A stretch of DNA of 64,000 nt from Eledone cirrhosa (lineage: Eukaryota): NCBI GenBank assembly GCA_964016885.1, contig OZ024743.1, forward strand, positions 93,868,001-93,932,000, written 5' to 3'. The stretch's first letter is position 1, and each line of letters opens with the position of its first letter. Below are positions 61,301 to 64,000 of this stretch, piece by piece. The notes under the pieces were generated by a model. The model was not told the origin of the DNA and did no database searches. It saw only the letters and a list, made by a program, of their open reading frames with translations. The position numbers and the translations under genes were made by a program.

Positions 61301-63589
61301 TGGTCCATCAGTGTTCAGTGTTTGTAATTGTCTGAGTATATCCTTGACTGACTTCATCAAGAACTCAGGTGGTATGTTGGTCAGTACATGACAAATGTGT
61401 TCCTCCAATAGAGTCAAAGTTTTTGGTTTTGAATTATAAATTTCTTCCTTTTCCCACCTCTGTATGATGTTAAGTCAGGGCAGGGCATCTTGCTGGCCAT
61501 TCATGTGGACCTTGATAACGCAGCCAACGTCCTGGAAATTGGACATTAAGCCACTCATCAACAGTACATGCAAAATAAGGAGGGGTCCCATCTTGCATGA
61601 ATATGAGGTCATTGATGTCCCATGTGGTCAAAGTAGGCCAAAAGTAATTTTAAATAGAGAGTTTCTTTCCATCTACTTTGTATATAATATTTATATATAT
61701 AAAGCGAGAATTGACCTAGATGAAATGCAGTTCGGGTTTGTGTCAGGCAAAAGTACCACAGACGCTCTTTTCATAGTACGACAACTACAGGAGAAGTACC
61801 TAGCTAAAGGTAAACCCCTCTACTTAGCTTTTGTCGACTTGGAGAAAGCCTTCGACAGAGTCCCCCACTCCATTATCTGGTGGGCTCTTAGAAAACTAGG
61901 CGTTGACGAATGGCTTGTGAGGGCTATACAAGCCATGTATAAAGAAACAGTCAGCAAGGTTAGAATTAACAACGAATATAGTGAAGAGTTTAGCGTAAAA
62001 GTCGGCGTCCATCAGGGCTCTGTTCTCAGTCCACTACTATTTATTATTGCCCTTCAGGCTATAACAGAGGAGTTCAAGACAGGCTGCCCATGGGAACTCC
62101 TATACGCAGACGACCTGACACTCATAGCGGAATCAATGGCCGAGCTAGAGAAGAAATTCCAAACATGGAAGCACGGCCTAGAGTCAAAAGGACTTAAAAT
62201 TAACCTGGCTAAGACCAAAGTACTAGTTTGTAGGAAAGAAAACAAGGCGGCGGTCCCTTCGGGGAAATGGTCGTGCTCGGTGTGTAGGAAAGGCGTAGGT
62301 AGAAACTCCATTTTATGTCCTAAATGCAAAGTATGGGTGCATAAAAGATGTAGTGGGATCACAGGTAAGCTAACTAAGAACATAGATTTTACATGTGGCC
62401 GGTGCTCTGGTGCAATAAGTAGCAGCAAGTGCCCACAAACTACTAGCTCTTTCAATTGCGCAGAGGGTTCTATAGAAATAGTGGACAGCTTCCGTTACCT
62501 GGGCGATAAAATCAGCAGTGGGGGAGGGTGCTCTGAAAGTACTGTAGCTAGAGTCAGAACTGGTTGGAAAAAGTTCAGAGAGCTTATACCACTATTAGCT
62601 GCTAAAGGGTTCTCACTAAAAATGAAAGGCAGGTTGTACGATGCCTGCATACGAACAGCAATGCTGCATGGCAGTGAGACCTGGGCATTGTGTGCAGAGG
62701 ATATACGCAGACTAGAGAGGAACGAAGCTTGCATGCTCCGCTGGATGTGTAACAGTAATATACGTGAACGGCAAAGCATAAACGAACTAAGGAATAAATT
62801 AGAGATAAGAGGGATCAGATGTTGTTTACTCGAGAGAAGGCTACGTTGGTATGGACACGTGATGCGCATGAAAGTCGATAGCTGTATAACAAAGTGCAGG
62901 GCAATAAAGATAGACGGTAGTCACGGAATAGGCAGACCTAGAAAAACCTGGGACGAGCTGATAAACTCCGACATCACACACTTACACCTCTCCAAGACAA
63001 TGTCACTGGACCGAGACCTTTGGCGGTACTCAGTAACAGAGAAGACCCGCCTTACCTAAATATATAGTAAAACCTACTCCAGCCAGTAGGCATCTCTAAC
63101 AAAATACACCCCGTCCCACCACCCCCACCCCCACCCGATCCACACCACCCCGTTCTATGTAAAGTTATGTTGGTGCCGCGCCATCGAGGCCGAAACAAAT
63201 GAGATCGTGTAGGTGTCACGACAAAAAACACACAGTCCACGCTGTAATGTGGCCGTGTAGGCAACACGGTAAAAACCTCCCAGACCCACACTGTAAATGT
63301 GGTTGGTGTTAGGAAGGGCATCCAACTGTAGAAAACCTGCCAGACAGTCCTATGCGAGCAAGACAATCACTCTTGCCTCAAGTGGGACTACCCCCGTCCA
63401 AACCCATGCAAGCGTGGAACACGGACGTTAAACGTTGATGATGATGATGATGATGAAAGCCTACATCTGTAGAAGTTCTTACTTTCGAGAGAAGTATCTA
63501 TACTCAATGCCATCTTTGTGAAGCTGCATCCTTTCACCATCAAATTTAGTTTCAATCAAATAGGGTTTCCCCGACATCACTTCAGAAAT
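34857..63589 (-). CDS. LIG4: DNA ligase IV (13 coding exons in window; N-terminal DNA-binding domain exons lie beyond the right edge)
   Basis: Motif [35 protein letters not shown] and TLRFPR, then BRCT1, the XRCC4-interacting region (FDEYGDNY) and BRCT2. All introns are GT-AG with consistent phases. Confidence 0.96.
35996..36316 (+). mobile_element. SINE family A, followed by an inverted SINE head (36317-36414)
   Basis: Near-identical to 1659-1994. Confidence 0.88.
36538..36687 (-). CDS. LIG4: LIG4 exon VYVDNK...[12 protein letters not shown]...VSHLIMDK (BRCT2)
   Basis: 150 nt. Confidence 0.9.
37518..37612 (-). CDS. LIG4: LIG4 exon [31 protein letters not shown]
   Basis: 95 nt, poly-T acceptor, gtatgt donor. 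Confidence 0.88.
38145..39312 (+). pseudogene. Degenerate RTE LINE reverse transcriptase remnant
   Basis: [15 protein letters not shown] and [10 protein letters not shown] with stops and frameshifts; related fragments at ~27360-27700, 37760-38070, 40690-40880, 57610-57770. Confidence 0.75.
39357..39492 (-). CDS. LIG4: LIG4 exon GPKDIIHAT...FDEYGDNY...IFSNVQL (XRCC4-interacting region)
   Basis: 136 nt. Confidence 0.9.
40994..41126 (-). CDS. LIG4: LIG4 exon SKTYCLLAD...[16 protein letters not shown] (BRCT1 end)
   Basis: 133 nt; phase fits the exon at 54632 across a 13.5-kb intron. Confidence 0.9.
41449..42803. mobile_element. Inverted pair of Helitron/Helentron-like non-autonomous elements
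   Basis: TCTATATAT...(GTCT)n heads at 41450 (+) and 42800 (-); CTAG plus hairpin cccggcgttgcacggg at 41866-41894; similar terminus at 44235-44262. Confidence 0.6.
43340..43522. repeat. Palindromic minisatellite (atttctgtgtg-(TA)n-cacacagaaat) x3
   Basis: Directly visible. Confidence 0.8.
43644..43833 (-). mobile_element. SINE family B
   Basis: Reverse complement of 27014-27201; further degenerate copies at ~38730-38893 and ~56155-56312. Confidence 0.8.
44415..44640 (-). mobile_element. SINE family A / RTE 3' tail fragment
   Basis: Shares gatgcccttcctaacaccaacctcatttacagtg core and (CAT)n tail. Confidence 0.7.
45392..45950 (+). repeat. 5' LTR of array (~559 bp)
   Basis: TGTAG...CTAAA termini; CCAAT 45454, TATAAATAAA 45666-45675; followed by G + PBS-like motif. 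Confidence 0.75.
53932..54484 (+). repeat. 3' LTR of array (553 bp, variant terminal module)
   Basis: Identical to the other LTRs to 54458, then a diverged homolog ending CTGCTAAA before ATTG. Confidence 0.72.
54632..54749 (-). CDS. LIG4: LIG4 exon [15 protein letters not shown]...GGKTVQNP (BRCT1 start)
   Basis: 118 nt. Confidence 0.9.
55538..55707. repeat. (GAT/GGT)n trinucleotide microsatellite
   Basis: Directly visible; others: (TA)n 1993-2043, (ACT)-like 5297-5450, (CA)n 28855-28890. Confidence 0.9.
55807..55950 (-). CDS. LIG4: LIG4 exon KSGGKLSNK...PVKKKK (NLS-like linker)
   Basis: 144 nt, tccag / gtgagt. Confidence 0.88.
56634..56771 (-). CDS. LIG4: LIG4 exon [46 protein letters not shown]
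   Basis: 138 nt, motif VI LRFPR. Confidence 0.94.
56894..57135. repeat. 33-bp minisatellite, ~7 degenerate copies
   Basis: Unit tcaaccctgctggtatagtagagagctcttcat. Confidence 0.85.
57387..57554 (-). CDS. LIG4: LIG4 exon [10 protein letters not shown]...[15 protein letters not shown] (OB-fold)
   Basis: 168 nt. Confidence 0.93.
57860..58370 (-). pseudogene. Degenerate RTE 3' end
   Basis: GRGRPRKTW motif and ccaacccatgcaagcatggaaaa tail on minus strand. Confidence 0.7.
58447..58729 (-). CDS. LIG4: LIG4 exon [21 protein letters not shown]...WFKLKPEY...SFCK
   Basis: 283 nt; ORF 58336..58818. Confidence 0.95.
58989..59187. mobile_element. piggyBac-type MITE, same family as 19599-19796, opposite orientation
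   Basis: TTAA TSDs, CCCATTAGCATTT / TCTAAAGGG ends; another degenerate copy ends at 33804. Confidence 0.8.
59258..59459 (-). CDS. LIG4: LIG4 exon TKANHYDIK...[19 protein letters not shown]...CIT
   Basis: 202 nt, phases consistent. Confidence 0.92.
59806..60144 (+). mobile_element. SINE family A
   Basis: Near-identical to 1659-1994. Confidence 0.88.
60413..60724 (-). mobile_element. SINE family A (inverted, internal deletion)
   Basis: Reverse complement of 59806-60144. Confidence 0.88.
60843..60988 (-). CDS. LIG4: LIG4 exon GHNYTKTFG...[17 protein letters not shown]
   Basis: 146 nt, phases consistent. Confidence 0.93.
61190..61660 (-). pseudogene. Tc1/mariner-superfamily transposase remnant
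   Basis: Minus-strand translation MQDGTPPYF...[10 protein letters not shown]...[13 protein letters not shown] resembles QDGAPPH...WPARSPDL. Confidence 0.7.
61706..63059 (+). CDS. RTE reverse transcriptase, C-terminal ~450 aa with embedded C4HC3 zinc finger
   Basis: ORF 61464..63059; homology starts at [12 protein letters not shown]. Confidence 0.85.
61706..63455 (+). mobile_element. 5'-truncated young RTE-clade LINE, antisense in LIG4 intron
   Basis: Uninterrupted RT ORF ([27 protein letters not shown]), 3' UTR, (GAT)n tail, candidate TSD AAAGC (61701-61705 / 63456-63460). Confidence 0.92.
63483..63589 (-). CDS. LIG4: LIG4 exon [35 protein letters not shown] (adenylated Lys motif I)
   Basis: 107 nt, tgtag / gtaaga on minus strand. 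Confidence 0.93.
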
Positions 63590-64000
63590 CTACAAGAAAA
63601 TACCAATATTATACAAACACACACATTATTGACATCGTTTAACATCCATTTTCTATGCTAGAATGAGTATATATATATATATTGTCAACTACAGGGTGCC
63701 CCAAAGTTAGCTAAAGTGTATTTAAATGTCATTATCATGTTATGTTTATTGGTAATGTGACTGGGTAATTTTCTTAATGTTAAAAATAGATACAAATCTG
63801 AACAAATAAAACATAAATACATCTACCTATCTACATACCTACCTACCTCTCTCTTTCTATATATATATATATATACATTATATTATTTATTTATTTATGT
63901 TCATACACAGAACAAAAGCTCTAACCAAGATTTCAAGGCCCAATATTGACCACACCTCCAGAATACAATAGGGATCAAAAGTGTGATCTTTCTTCAGGCG

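Noticed and set aside
61464-61705. N-terminal 80 aa of the 531-aa ORF
   Set aside because: Fortuitous open frame through an antisense mariner remnant and TA-rich flank, upstream of the LINE truncation point.

Overview
AT-rich, microsatellite-laden eukaryotic genomic DNA. The SINE/RTE content suggests a coleoid cephalopod such as octopus, but this is inference. Two convergent intron-rich genes are present. On + is the 3' half of transportin (TNPO1/karyopherin-beta2: 9 coding exons, 608-26463, plus a 3'-UTR intron and a ~4-kb UTR). On - is most of DNA ligase IV (LIG4: 13 coding exons, 63589 down to 34857). The introns hold two near-identical internally deleted piggyBac elements, piggyBac/hAT/mariner MITEs, two tRNA-SINE families, Helitron-like repeats and a young 5'-truncated RTE LINE. 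The most striking object is a 9.1-kb head-to-tail array (45392-54484) of a non-coding LTR retroelement in a LIG4 intron: 5 LTRs and 4 internal regions, 2135-bp period, apparent 4-bp TSD, nested in a hAT MITE. Its U5/PBS junction is built of stacked, 39-bp-spaced PBS-like modules that have complementary copies in the leader. Its 3'-most LTR ends in a different terminal module from the other four.
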